Below are positions 41,261 to 50,873 of a stretch of 64,000 bases of DNA, piece after piece. The position numbers were made by a program, and so were the translations under genes. This DNA comes from a bacterium (GTDB lineage Bacteria; Patescibacteriota; Dojkabacteria; JAOAGR01; JBAXGO01), in NCBI GenBank assembly GCA_037139335.1, contig JBAXGO010000001.1:4503-68502 (forward strand), given 5' to 3'. The notes beneath the pieces were generated by a model. It did no database searches. It saw nothing but the letters and a program-made list of their open reading frames with translations, and was not told the origin of the DNA. Every line of letters begins with the position of its first letter. Within the stretch, counting starts at the first letter, position 1.

Positions 41261-41471
41261 CGAGTAAATCTAATCATATTAGATTTATATCTCAATATTG
41301 GGGAATTACCAAAATACTGAGATATAAATACTAATAGAATAAATAGTAAATGTACGACTTATTAAATGACTATTACCAAAATTTTACTTATTATAATACT
41401 GATAGAGGTTCTGACGAGATTTCTCATTTCATTCGAAATGACAGTGATAATAGGAAAAAGAGTGGGGGGGA

Positions 41472-41500
41472 AACAAAAAAGAGCACCATTATGGTGCTCT
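41472..41500 (-). terminator. Rho-independent terminator after rplL
   Basis: On the minus strand, agagcaccat-a-atggtgctct followed by tttttt. Confidence 0.75.
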
Positions 41501-41521
41501 TAATCTTAGAGTTTGAGTAAC

Positions 41522-41899
41522 TTATTTTACTGTTACTGTTGCTCCTGCTTCTTCTAATTTTGCTTTTGCTTTTTCTGCATCTTCTTTCTTTATACCCTGC
41601 AATACCATCTTTGGTGCTGCGTCTACAAGGTCTTTTGCTTCCTTGAGTCCAAGTGCTGAATTTAATTCTCTTACTGCCTTGATAACAGCAATTTTGTTAC
41701 CACCAGCTGATGTTATTTCTACATCAAATGCTGTCTTTTCTTCTACTGCTTCTGCTGCTGCTGCTGGAGCTGCAACTGCCATAGCTGGCATAGCTGCTGA
41801 TACACCGAATTTTTCTTCGAGTGCTTTTACTAAATCGCTTACTTCAACGATGTTTAATTCGCTGATCTGTTCGATGATTTGTTCAATTTTTGTTGACAT
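41522..41899 (-). CDS. rplL: 50S ribosomal protein L7/L12
   Basis: N-terminal dimerisation region, an Ala-rich hinge and a conserved C-terminal domain. Confidence 0.95.
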   Translation of the reverse strand: MSTKIEQIIEQISELNIVEVSDLVKALEEKFGVSAAMPAMAVAAPAAAAEAVEEKTAFDVEITSAGGNKIAVIKAVRELNSALGLKEAKDLVDAAPKMVLQGIKKEDAEKAKAKLEEAGATVTVK

Positions 41900-41921
41900 A
41901 ATTATATAAAATTAATAAATA

Positions 41922-42413
41922 TTATTTAATTTGAGATAAAACAGAGACTAGTTTTTGGATAGGACTCTGAAGATCTTTAACCAATAGTGTTGCAGGAGTA
42001 GCAAGTATGGAAACTAGTTTCCCATTTACTTGATATGCACTACCCAAACCTGCGATTTCTTTCAATCTACTGCCGTTATAAACGTTTGTTCCGACAACTA
42101 CAGAATTAATCTTGTAGTCATTCTCTGATAAAAATTTACTTAATGCTCCAGCATCTTCAATTAGACTTGTTCCTACGAACAATACGTTATTGTAGTCAGC
42201 TGCATTAATCTCGATACCTTCTTCCTTAACTGCTAAATTGAACAATGTGTTCTTAATTAGAGTTAATTTTGCATCATCACTTAATACTTTCTTCAGAGCT
42301 TGTGTCTTTGAAGCGTTAAGTGAACCGCTGAACAAATATATACCAGCTGCTTTATTTACCAGCTTTCTATAATTTTCAACTAATTGTTTTTTTTGGTTTG
42401 TATTTTTTGCCAT
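41922..42413 (-). CDS. rplJ: 50S ribosomal protein L10
   Basis: L10 family. The start is taken at the ATG (MAKNTNQKK); the upstream TTG extension is unlikely. Confidence 0.85.
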   Translation of the reverse strand: MAKNTNQKKQLVENYRKLVNKAAGIYLFSGSLNASKTQALKKVLSDDAKLTLIKNTLFNLAVKEEGIEINAADYNNVLFVGTSLIEDAGALSKFLSENDYKINSVVVGTNVYNGSRLKEIAGLGSAYQVNGKLVSILATPATLLVKDLQSPIQKLVSVLSQIK

Positions 42414-42430
42414 AGTTTTAAAAAACAAAA

Positions 42431-42451
42431 ATCTCAGCTAAATTCGCTGAG
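42431..42451 (-). promoter_or_regulatory. Hairpin plus U-run between rplA and rplJ (candidate attenuator of the L10 leader)
   Basis: The minus-strand mRNA reads tctcagc-gaattta-gctgaga followed by tttttgtttttt, about 18 nt before the rplJ ATG. Confidence 0.45.
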
Positions 42452-42553
42452 ACAAAACAAATAATACCATTTTATGTAGTTTTATTTGTCTAACCAGGAT
42501 TTATTCCTACCGGAACCTAGTGTCTCAGACGTTTGGTATAATACCAGATTGAT

Positions 42554-43159
42554 TTAAATTAGTCTATAGGGAACGCCCATTGATGTTTTAACAAAAATGC
42601 TTTTCACCTTAGTATTAAAGTTCTTTTCGATTCCTTCGCTTAATGTCTTGACTGTGTATTCAATGTTTTCAGAAAGTTTTTCATCATCCATTGATTTTTT
42701 ACCTACTGCTAATTGGATTTGACCTGATTTATTACTCTTAATATTGATTTTACCAGATTTGAATTCACCAATTGCCTTTGCTACATCTTTGGTAACTGTT
42801 CCGTTTTTTGGATTTGGCATAAGACCTGATGAACCAAGATATTTACCTAATATTGCGATTTTTGGCATAACTGTTGGTGTTGCTATTACAACATCAAATT
42901 CTCTCCATCCATTCTTTATTTTCTCTACAAAATCTTCCAATCCAATGAAGTCTGCACCTTTTGCACCATCAGCTTCTGATTTATCGCAAAGAACAAGAAC
43001 TGATTTCTGTTTTCCAAATGAATTTGGAATGTTGATATCCATTCTAATTGCTGCATCTCCAGATTTTGGCTGAACAACAGAAAGTATTACTTCAACTGAT
43101 TCATCAAACTTTCTAACTTTTTGTGATTTTATCTTTTTTAGAATATTCTTAGTGTCCAT
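42554..43159 (-). CDS. rplA: 50S ribosomal protein L1
   Basis: L1 family (KFDESVEV...). Confidence 0.9.
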   Translation of the reverse strand: MDTKNILKKIKSQKVRKFDESVEVILSVVQPKSGDAAIRMDINIPNSFGKQKSVLVLCDKSEADGAKGADFIGLEDFVEKIKNGWREFDVVIATPTVMPKIAILGKYLGSSGLMPNPKNGTVTKDVAKAIGEFKSGKINIKSNKSGQIQLAVGKKSMDDEKLSENIEYTVKTLSEGIEKNFNTKVKSIFVKTSMGVPYRLI

Positions 43160-43162
43160 TTA

Positions 43163-43588
43163 TTATTCAGTAATATTTAAACCAATGCTTTTTGCTGTTC
43201 CGACTACCATAGCCAGTGCAGAATCCATGTTTTTTGTATTCATATCTTTTAGTTTCATTTCTGCTACTTTTTTCAAAATATCCATACTTACTGATCCAAC
43301 CTTTGTTTTGTTAGGTGTACCAGAACCTTTGGCTAATGAAATTTCCTTCTTTATTAAATCAGCAGTTGGAGGAGTTTTTGTAATGAATGTATATGTTCTG
43401 TCTTCGAATACAGTCACTATTACAGGTATTGTTAATCCATCCATGTTTGCTGTCAAAGCGTTGAAAGCATTACAGAATTCCATAATGTTTAACCCGTGTT
43501 GACCTAATGCTGGTCCTACAGGAGGAGCTGGATTAGCCTTTCCTGCTGTAATCTGAAACTTTATTGTTGCTTTTATTTTTTTTGCCAT
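43163..43588 (-). CDS. rplK: 50S ribosomal protein L11
   Basis: MAKKI...[18 protein letters not shown]. Confidence 0.95.
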   Translation of the reverse strand: MAKKIKATIKFQITAGKANPAPPVGPALGQHGLNIMEFCNAFNALTANMDGLTIPVIVTVFEDRTYTFITKTPPTADLIKKEISLAKGSGTPNKTKVGSVSMDILKKVAEMKLKDMNTKNMDSALAMVVGTAKSIGLNITE

Positions 43589-43590
43589 AA

Positions 43591-44136
43591 TTAAATCTTT
43601 TCAATTTCTAAAATATCTAATGTTACAGGAACTTCTCTACCTAAGAAATGAAGTTTCACTGTAACTTTTCCTTTTTCTTCATTAATAGTATCTATTATAC
43701 CAGTGTATTCTTTGAAGTTGCCATTCTTTACTTTTACTGTATCTCCAGGTGTTATGTTGGTCTTTAATACTGGTTGTTGTAATTTAGAGAATTTAATAAT
43801 TGCATCAGCTTGTAAGTCTGTAACTGCTGATGGCTTTTTTTCTGTTCCTACAAAAGAGGTTACTCCTGGTGTATCTCTTACGATTGCCCAAGTATCTTCA
43901 CCCAAGACCATATGTATTAAAATATAACCTGGTAGAATTTTCTCTGTTGCATCTTTCTTTTTACCATTCTTGATCTGAGTTACATTTCTAGTTGGTGTTA
44001 CAATTTCTTGTATTAATTCGCCTAGACCTGCATTGTCAGCTCTCTGTTTAATTAATTCGGAAACTTTGTGTTCATGTCCTGAATGAGTATAAAGGACATA
44101 CCACGCGAATTTTCCCTTGTTCTTATTAAGTATCAT
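43591..44136 (-). CDS. nusG: Transcription antitermination factor NusG
   Basis: NGN domain ([11 protein letters not shown]) and a C-terminal KOW domain. Confidence 0.9.
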   Translation of the reverse strand: MILNKNKGKFAWYVLYTHSGHEHKVSELIKQRADNAGLGELIQEIVTPTRNVTQIKNGKKKDATEKILPGYILIHMVLGEDTWAIVRDTPGVTSFVGTEKKPSAVTDLQADAIIKFSKLQQPVLKTNITPGDTVKVKNGNFKEYTGIIDTINEEKGKVTVKLHFLGREVPVTLDILEIEKI

Positions 44137-44378
44137 TTATTTATAAAGTAAAAACATTTGGATATTATCTGGTCTACGCCATATACTAAAGATGCGGTTA
44201 CGACAGAGAATAATATAACAAAAGCGGCGACTTTTACAGTCTGCCAATATGTCATCCAGTCTACTGTTTTTAGCTCCTTATAGGTAGCTATTCCGTAAGG
44301 AATTAGTGTTAAGCGAAATAAACCTTTTGCGGTTTTCTTCAGCAATTTTTTTAAGTTAAATTTCTTTATTTTTTTCAT
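44133..44378 (-). CDS. secE: Preprotein translocase subunit SecE
   Basis: Single-TM small protein with the ELKKVxWP-like motif (YKELKTVDWMTYWQ). Confidence 0.75.
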   Translation of the reverse strand: MKKIKKFNLKKLLKKTAKGLFRLTLIPYGIATYKELKTVDWMTYWQTVKVAAFVILFSVVTASLVYGVDQIISKCFYFINK

Positions 44379-44525
44379 TGTAACAATTGAAAAGCGTTTT
44401 TGTACTTAGAGCGATGTATTGTATGGTTTTTTATTTATTTTTGCAAGATATGCGTGGGGAGTGGGATAGTTAGGAATTGGGGCAAGTTAACAATTAAAAA
44501 TTATAGTACCAAAGCTGGCACGGGC

Positions 44526-44599
44526 GGAAGGACTCGAACCTCCAGGAGCGGTTTTGGAGACCACCCGTTTACCATTAACGGACGCCCGCATGCACAATG
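44526..44599 (-). tRNA. tRNA-Trp (CCA)
   Basis: Anticodon arm GGTCTCCAAAACC as in bacterial tRNA-Trp. CCA is encoded. Confidence 0.85.
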
Positions 44600-44677
44600 A
44601 TTATAATGTAAAAAATGAGAAATTAGAAATTTATGCTTTCTTGACATCTGATTCTAATTTCTCACCTCTTTGTTTTA

Positions 44678-44753
44678 TGGAGCTGAAGATGGGACTCGGA
44701 CCCATGACCTTTCCCTTACCATGGGAATGCTCTACCAGCTGAGCTACTCCAGC
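44678..44753 (-). tRNA. tRNA-Thr (GGU)
   Basis: Anticodon loop atGGTaa with acceptor stem gctggag/cttcagc. CCA is encoded. Confidence 0.8.
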
Positions 44754-44805
44754 ATATGAAAAAAATGCTCATTTAGACAATTTTTTTATTTCTGGCAGTC
44801 AACAG

Positions 44806-44881
44806 TGGAGCCGAAGGCGGGACTCGAACCCGCGACTTGCTGTTTACAAAACAGCTACTCTACCAACTGAGTTACTTCGGC
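44806..44881 (-). tRNA. tRNA-Thr (UGU)
   Basis: Anticodon loop ttTGTaa with acceptor stem gccgaag/cttcggc. CCA is encoded. Confidence 0.8.
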
Positions 44882-45357
44882 ACTAATAAAGAGCATATTA
44901 TCAGGAAAATCATGATAAAAAAAGAACCTCATTCTTACAACAGTCTTTATATCGTAAAAATAAAAAATTTTCAATAGGTCACCTTGGTGAGGGTATGATA
45001 CTGAACGATGTTCTTACGAACAGTCGATTAGGATTTCTCAAAATAACCACGGTTATGTTGGGTTATCCACTCTAAATTGGTGTAGAACAATTTTTCTATG
45101 CATCAAAATTCACACCAAAGTGACGGTATATTTTAACGTATTTTACTTAGGAGTACCATATAATAATTAAGTTGTATTAATTCTACATATTTTTAATAAT
45201 GTATAAGATTCTTATCTTTAAGACAGTTTATGCAACATTAGTAATTGTTTCAGGATGAATTGGTAGTATAAAGTGAATGATTAAGTAAATTATATGCATA
45301 TTGAAAAAAAAATCGTTTTGGTATATCCTCATCCCATAGTAATTAATTTGATATATC

Positions 45358-45609
45358 ATGTCCAAGGTATGTGCATTTTGTGGTAAGGGTGGCGTAAAAC
45401 GCAACAACGGTAGACATACCAGCCATAATAAAAAGAAAACATTCGCAAATAGAGGTCCTCGTGGTTTAGATGCTGTAAAGCATTCTGAAAGCGTAAAGCC
45501 AAATTTTCGAGAAGTTCGTTTAGTAAAAGGTTCGCCTAAAGTAGTTTCTTGTATGAGATGTTATAAATCTCTTAAGGATTCTGTATTAAGTTTAACAGCT
45601 GAGAAATAA
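45358..45609 (+). CDS. rpmB: 50S ribosomal protein L28
   Basis: The CxxCGK...GNNxSH...K.TFxANL pattern is typical of bL28. It is 83 aa long. Confidence 0.6.
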   Translation: MSKVCAFCGKGGVKRNNGRHTSHNKKKTFANRGPRGLDAVKHSESVKPNFREVRLVKGSPKVVSCMRCYKSLKDSVLSLTAEK

Positions 45610-45633
45610 TTTGATATCTGCAACCATTTAGCT

Positions 45634-46695
45634 ATGCCAAGAGATTTAATAGATTTTTTTTGGAAACTCTTCACAGATGATATTGGTATAGATTTGGGAA
45701 CTGCAAATACTAAGATTGCCCTGCGAAACGAGGGGATTGTGGCTACCGAACCAACTGTAGTTGCAATTAACAAGAAAACTAAACAAATATTAAGTGTTGG
45801 CACTGAAGCCAAAAAAATGATTGGCAGGACTCCTGCCAACATTATTGCCATACGTCCTCTAAAAGATGGAGTAGTGTCCGATTTTGACGCTACCCGTGAT
45901 ATGATTCAGCATTTTATAGAATTAGCTTATGGCCGTTCTACAAAAATAATTAAAATTCCTCGTCCTAGAGTTGTTATTGGTATACCTTCCACAGCTACTG
46001 AAGTTGGCAAAAAAGCGGTCAAAGATGCTGCTAAAAGTGCAGGTGCTAGACAAGCATTTGTTATAGAAGAACCAATGGCTGCCGCTATAGGTGCTGGTCT
46101 TCCAATAACCGAACCTCAAGGAAGCATGATAGTTGATATTGGTGGTGGTACTACTGACATAGCGATAATTTCACTAGGAGGTATTGTTGTTGATAAAACA
46201 ATACAAATTGCTGGTGATGAGATGGATCAAGAAATCGTTAATTATGTTCGACATAAATATAATATTATTATTGGTGAAAGAATAGCTGAAGATATCAAAA
46301 TCAAGATAGGTTCTGCATATGAAACAGGTGATAATAAAACAGCAGAAGTAAGAGGACGAGATCTGGTTGATGGCATGCCAAAAGTTTTGATATTAACATC
46401 ACTTGAAATTAGAGAAGCCATAACAGTACAACTAAAGGCTATCACAGAAGCTATTTCTATAGCCTTGGAAGAAGCCCCTCCAGAACTCTTATCAGATATT
46501 GGTGAAAAGGGAATTATTTTAGCAGGTGGTGGAGCCATGATTCCAGGTCTTGCCAAATTTTGTGAGGAACGTGTTAAAATCAAATGTATAGTAGCTGATG
46601 ATCCTATTACATGTGTTGTAAAAGGCACTCAGATGCTACTTGAAGATATTGATTTGCTTTCAAAAGTCCAAGTAGATAAGGATGAACTTATATAA
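45634..46695 (+). CDS. mreB: Rod shape-determining protein MreB (canonical)
   Basis: GIDLGTANT, the phosphate-2 motif and DIGGGTTD. Confidence 0.92.
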   Translation: MPRDLIDFFWKLFTDDIGIDLGTANTKIALRNEGIVATEPTVVAINKKTKQILSVGTEAKKMIGRTPANIIAIRPLKDGVVSDFDATRDMIQHFIELAYGRSTKIIKIPRPRVVIGIPSTATEVGKKAVKDAAKSAGARQAFVIEEPMAAAIGAGLPITEPQGSMIVDIGGGTTDIAIISLGGIVVDKTIQIAGDEMDQEIVNYVRHKYNIIIGERIAEDIKIKIGSAYETGDNKTAEVRGRDLVDGMPKVLILTSLEIREAITVQLKAITEAISIALEEAPPELLSDIGEKGIILAGGGAMIPGLAKFCEERVKIKCIVADDPITCVVKGTQMLLEDIDLLSKVQVDKDELI

Positions 46696-47467
46696 AAGTC
46701 CTAAAATAAATAATATCAGAGGAATACTTTTTGTATTATGTTTAGTTATCGTTTTACTCTCTTATGCGGGATTTTTCCGTATTATTCCTATACTAGATAT
46801 TTTTTCAACTACTATTGGGCAAACTATTACTGATATGAAAAAAGCATCGTCAAGTTTTTTTTCAAAATTTGAAGACAATGAAAAATTAGTGACAGAAAAT
46901 ATAGAACTAAGGAAAGAAATTATCAAAAAGGATGTAGATATTCAAAATATTAAAGATAGTGTTAAAGATCTTGAATCTGTAAAAAAATTACTAAACTTTT
47001 ATAATCCCAAAGCGGATATTATAGTAACTAAAAATATTTCTATTGTGCCATCAGATAAAGTTCCAGTTAAGATTACTATCGATAAAGGATTGAAGAATGG
47101 AATTAAAGAAGGGAAGGCTGTTTTTAACGATAGTGGTAGTTTAATCGGAAAAATATATGTAGCTAGAGAATATAGTTCTGATATTTTGCCATATTATGTA
47201 ATTGATAATATTAAATTACCTATAAAAAGTACTTCGACATCGACCGCTTTAGTCGATGGATATAAGGACGGGCTTGTTGTTTGTACAGATATAGGATTGG
47301 AAACAACAGTTAAGGAAGGGGATTTATTTTTCACTTCTTCTTTAGGAGATCAGGTTTCAGAAGGTATATATGTAGGGAAAGTTGTGAAAATTTCTGCGGA
47401 CGACAAAAAGAAATTTTATCTAGAAGCTGATATCTTAAATGTTGATATTTTGTACGTATATCTATGA
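46682..47467 (+). CDS. mreC: Rod shape-determining protein MreC
   Basis: N-terminal TM, a coiled coil and a beta domain. Its position after mreB supports the call. Confidence 0.6.
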   Translation: MNLYKSPKINNIRGILFVLCLVIVLLSYAGFFRIIPILDIFSTTIGQTITDMKKASSSFFSKFEDNEKLVTENIELRKEIIKKDVDIQNIKDSVKDLESVKKLLNFYNPKADIIVTKNISIVPSDKVPVKITIDKGLKNGIKEGKAVFNDSGSLIGKIYVAREYSSDILPYYVIDNIKLPIKSTSTSTALVDGYKDGLVVCTDIGLETTVKEGDLFFTSSLGDQVSEGIYVGKVVKISADDKKKFYLEADILNVDILYVYL

Positions 47468-47919
47468 TACTAAAAGTTTTTATAATTATATTATTTCTTT
47501 TATGGGGATTTGTTGATAAATCTATGGATTTACAACTTTTCGGATATAGTCTTTTTATAGGTCAATTCGTATATTTATCACTTTTATTAATTCTTAGAAA
47601 TAAGGATTTTTACTCAATATGTGGTTTTTTTTATTTCTTATCATTAGGATCAAGTTTGAATATCATTGGTTTTTTGCCTCTGATGATGCTAATTCTTGAA
47701 TCAATATTTTTTCTTGCTATAACTTTTTTATATTCAAAAAATAGAACTATATATTTTATTATTTGTCTTGTATTCTTTATTCTTAATTATTTTTTGACTA
47801 TATATCTTATGAGTGATTATAGGATGAATTTGTCGTATAATATTTTTATAGTCCTTATCCTCGTAGGACTCGTTGGTGGTGCAATATCAATATTCTCACA
47901 TAAACCTAATGAAAGATAA
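47464..47919 (+). CDS. mreD: Rod shape-determining protein MreD
   Basis: Small polytopic membrane protein between mreC and PBP2. Confidence 0.5.
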   Translation: MILKVFIIILFLLWGFVDKSMDLQLFGYSLFIGQFVYLSLLLILRNKDFYSICGFFYFLSLGSSLNIIGFLPLMMLILESIFFLAITFLYSKNRTIYFIICLVFFILNYFLTIYLMSDYRMNLSYNIFIVLILVGLVGGAISIFSHKPNER

Positions 47920-49747
47920 GATCTTTACTACAATATTAACGCTTGTGCTACTTTTTGTTGTTGCTCTGTCTTCATTTAATATACAAATGATACAAGGTGC
48001 ACAATTAAGGAATGATTCTGTGTCAAAATTCAGAATGGAATATATTAAAGCTTCAAGAGGTCTAATATTTGATCGAAACGGCAAACCACTTGTTCAAAAT
48101 AAATCATCATTTACATTATATTTAGAACCCTTAGTTATATCAGATTATAACCAGTTAAAAGCATCTATAACATCTATTGAAACATCAGAAATCGAATATA
48201 TCGATAAAAAATATAATGAAGTTTTGGATATTCAAAAATTTAACAATGGTTTAGTAGGCAATGACAAAAAAAATGAAAAAATTATTCCAGATAGAATACT
48301 AATTGATAAAAATTTTAACAATCCTATCTTTATAACTCAATATTTATCTGATCCTTCAAGATACAAAGGATTAAGGCTTGAAGAAGAATCACAAAGAGTA
48401 TATCTGCAAAAGGAATTAACAGCTCATTTGATCGGTTATACTGGAGAAGTTGTTGATGAGATTAATCTTGGTTATAGACCAAATACTGAAATAGGAAAAG
48501 CTGGCGTTGAATTATCATATGACTCACTTCTTCGTGGAAATGATGGCAAAGTTTCCGTGGATACTGATACTCAAAAAAGAAATATTGAATCATCTCCAGT
48601 TAATGGTAAAAACTTATACTTATCTGTAGATATTGATATTCAAAAGAGCTTATATGATATTTTGAAATCAGGTATGGAAGAATATAAGGCGACAGGTGCT
48701 GCAGGACTTTTACAGGATGTTAATACAGGAGAAGTTTTGGCTTATATATCACTTCCTTCTTATGATGATAATTTATTTGTTGGTGGAATTGGTAATAATG
48801 ATTTTGATAAATTAAATAAAGATCCGAATTCTCCAATGCTGGATAGAATTATTGATGGCACGTATCCTCCAGGTTCAGACTTCAAATTGAATACGGCAAC
48901 AGCTTTGCTGGAAACTGGTTCTATAACCAAAGATACTATGTTTCCTACTGGTGGATTATTTAAATTTGGTGATGTTACATTTAGAGATTTTTCAAATATT
49001 AATCAAGGAACGCTCGATGTTGTAGGTGGTTTGTGTAGGTCAAGTAATATCTTTTTTATGAAATCCACTCTTCAAATGGATGACTATACCAAGGGACTGG
49101 CTATTAATAAAATTATTGAATATGGATCCCGATATGGCTTAGGTAAAAAAACTGGTATCGATATGCCTGAAGGTTATCCTGGATATATTTCATCTCCTTC
49201 AATTAAAAAAGAATTAACAGGTGAAGAATGGCTCACAGGAGATTTATTAAATGCTTCAATCGGACAAGGGTATACTTTATTATCACCAATACAAGTGCAG
49301 ACAATGGTTACTGCAATTGCAAATGGAGGTAATGTTCTGCAACCTAGAGTTGTAATGGCTACGAATGATAGTCTTGAGGATAGTACAAAGACAAAAACCT
49401 CGCCAATTATAAGAAATAGTATTAATGTTTCAAAAAACACTTTAGATATTATTAAAGAAGGTATGTATTGTGGTGTGCATACTGGAATTATTCAGGATAT
49501 GAATTCATCGTTTGTACAAGTAGCTGCTAAATCTGGAACGGCTGAATTTGGTGCTCCAGATCCTGCTACTGGAGCTTATCCTAATAGGCATGGGTGGGTA
49601 ACAGGTTATTTCCCATATGATAATCCCAAATATTCATTTACATTACTTTTAGAGAAAGGGGGAAGCAGTGGTAATACAGTTAAAGTCGCTAGAAAGTTTA
49701 TAGATTGGCTTTATAAAGATTATAAAATTAATGAGAAAATAAAATGA
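47873..49747 (+). CDS. mrdA: Penicillin-binding protein 2 (peptidoglycan D,D-transpeptidase)
   Basis: N-terminal TM, a dimerisation domain and transpeptidase motifs (SDFK, KSG). The start may instead be the ATG at 47909. Confidence 0.85.
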   Translation: MVVQYQYSHINLMKDKIFTTILTLVLLFVVALSSFNIQMIQGAQLRNDSVSKFRMEYIKASRGLIFDRNGKPLVQNKSSFTLYLEPLVISDYNQLKASITSIETSEIEYIDKKYNEVLDIQKFNNGLVGNDKKNEKIIPDRILIDKNFNNPIFITQYLSDPSRYKGLRLEEESQRVYLQKELTAHLIGYTGEVVDEINLGYRPNTEIGKAGVELSYDSLLRGNDGKVSVDTDTQKRNIESSPVNGKNLYLSVDIDIQKSLYDILKSGMEEYKATGAAGLLQDVNTGEVLAYISLPSYDDNLFVGGIGNNDFDKLNKDPNSPMLDRIIDGTYPPGSDFKLNTATALLETGSITKDTMFPTGGLFKFGDVTFRDFSNINQGTLDVVGGLCRSSNIFFMKSTLQMDDYTKGLAINKIIEYGSRYGLGKKTGIDMPEGYPGYISSPSIKKELTGEEWLTGDLLNASIGQGYTLLSPIQVQTMVTAIANGGNVLQPRVVMATNDSLEDSTKTKTSPIIRNSINVSKNTLDIIKEGMYCGVHTGIIQDMNSSFVQVAAKSGTAEFGAPDPATGAYPNRHGWVTGYFPYDNPKYSFTLLLEKGGSSGNTVKVARKFIDWLYKDYKINEKIK

Positions 49748-50793
49748 ATGATGAAGATTATATAAATCTTTATTTGCGTTCGTTTGATGGCATCGGTCCC
49801 AAAACTCTTAAAAAAGCACAAAATACTTGTACAGGTGAAAAATTGATAGAATATTTTCATCATACAGAGTCGTCTATTTCATTCAAAGATTATAAAAACT
49901 GGAAACAAAAATTTGTCGAAAATGTGGAAAAACGACATATTGGGATCTTAAATATTGATGATGAAAACTACCCTCAACTATTGAAAAATATTGCAAATCC
50001 TCCTGATTTTATCTTTTACATAGGTAATATCTCCTTGATTAATCAAAAATGTTTTGCCGTTGTTGGATCCAGAAGACCAACAGGGTATGGTGTTAATGCA
50101 ACTAAAGATATAACAAAAGGATTATCAGATTATGGATTTATAATTGTTTCGGGTATGGCACTAGGCATAGACAGTATTTCACATTATTCATCAATACAAA
50201 ATGGTACTATCGCAGTTCTTGGTTGTGGACTGAATTATATATATCCTTCAACAAATGGAATTCTATACAAAAAAATTATTGAAAATAATGGACTAATTAT
50301 TAGTGAACTCTTTCCTGAAATTCTTCCTCATCCAGCCTTGTTTGTGCAGAGAAGTAGGATTATTGCTGGTTTAAGTGAGGGATTGCTTGTAACAGAAGCT
50401 GCTCTGAAAAGCGGTAGTCTTTTGGCATGTAATTTTGCATTTGATGCGGGAAGGAATGTTTACGCTGTTCCAGGAGATATTACAAGAGAAACCTCGCGAG
50501 GCTGTAACATGCTTATTAATCGGAATATTGCCAAATTAGTGACAACAGCTACAGATATTATTGAAGATTATTCAAATGATTATATAAGTACAATTCAAAA
50601 AGCTAACATTAGTAATAATTATTCTGATTTGTCTCAAAAAATTATTAGTTTATTAAAAGAAGGTGTTTCAACGGTCGACTTACTATCGGATTCTATTGGA
50701 TGTGATATTCAAAGTATTTTTTCTGAACTAACAGATTTAGAAATAGCAGGCGTAATAGAGCGGGGGGGTAGTGAAATTTATTTAAAGTTATGA
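49744..50793 (+). CDS. dprA: DNA processing protein DprA
   Basis: Rossmann-like DprA core (VVGSRRPTGYG...GMALGIDSISH). Confidence 0.85.
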   Translation: MNDEDYINLYLRSFDGIGPKTLKKAQNTCTGEKLIEYFHHTESSISFKDYKNWKQKFVENVEKRHIGILNIDDENYPQLLKNIANPPDFIFYIGNISLINQKCFAVVGSRRPTGYGVNATKDITKGLSDYGFIIVSGMALGIDSISHYSSIQNGTIAVLGCGLNYIYPSTNGILYKKIIENNGLIISELFPEILPHPALFVQRSRIIAGLSEGLLVTEAALKSGSLLACNFAFDAGRNVYAVPGDITRETSRGCNMLINRNIAKLVTTATDIIEDYSNDYISTIQKANISNNYSDLSQKIISLLKEGVSTVDLLSDSIGCDIQSIFSELTDLEIAGVIERGGSEIYLKL

Positions 50794-50873
50794 TATTATG
50801 CGGTAAAACCATTCCACTGTAACCTTCTTACTTTATTTAACCTACAGTGGATCAGACCTATAAGGAGGAAAAA

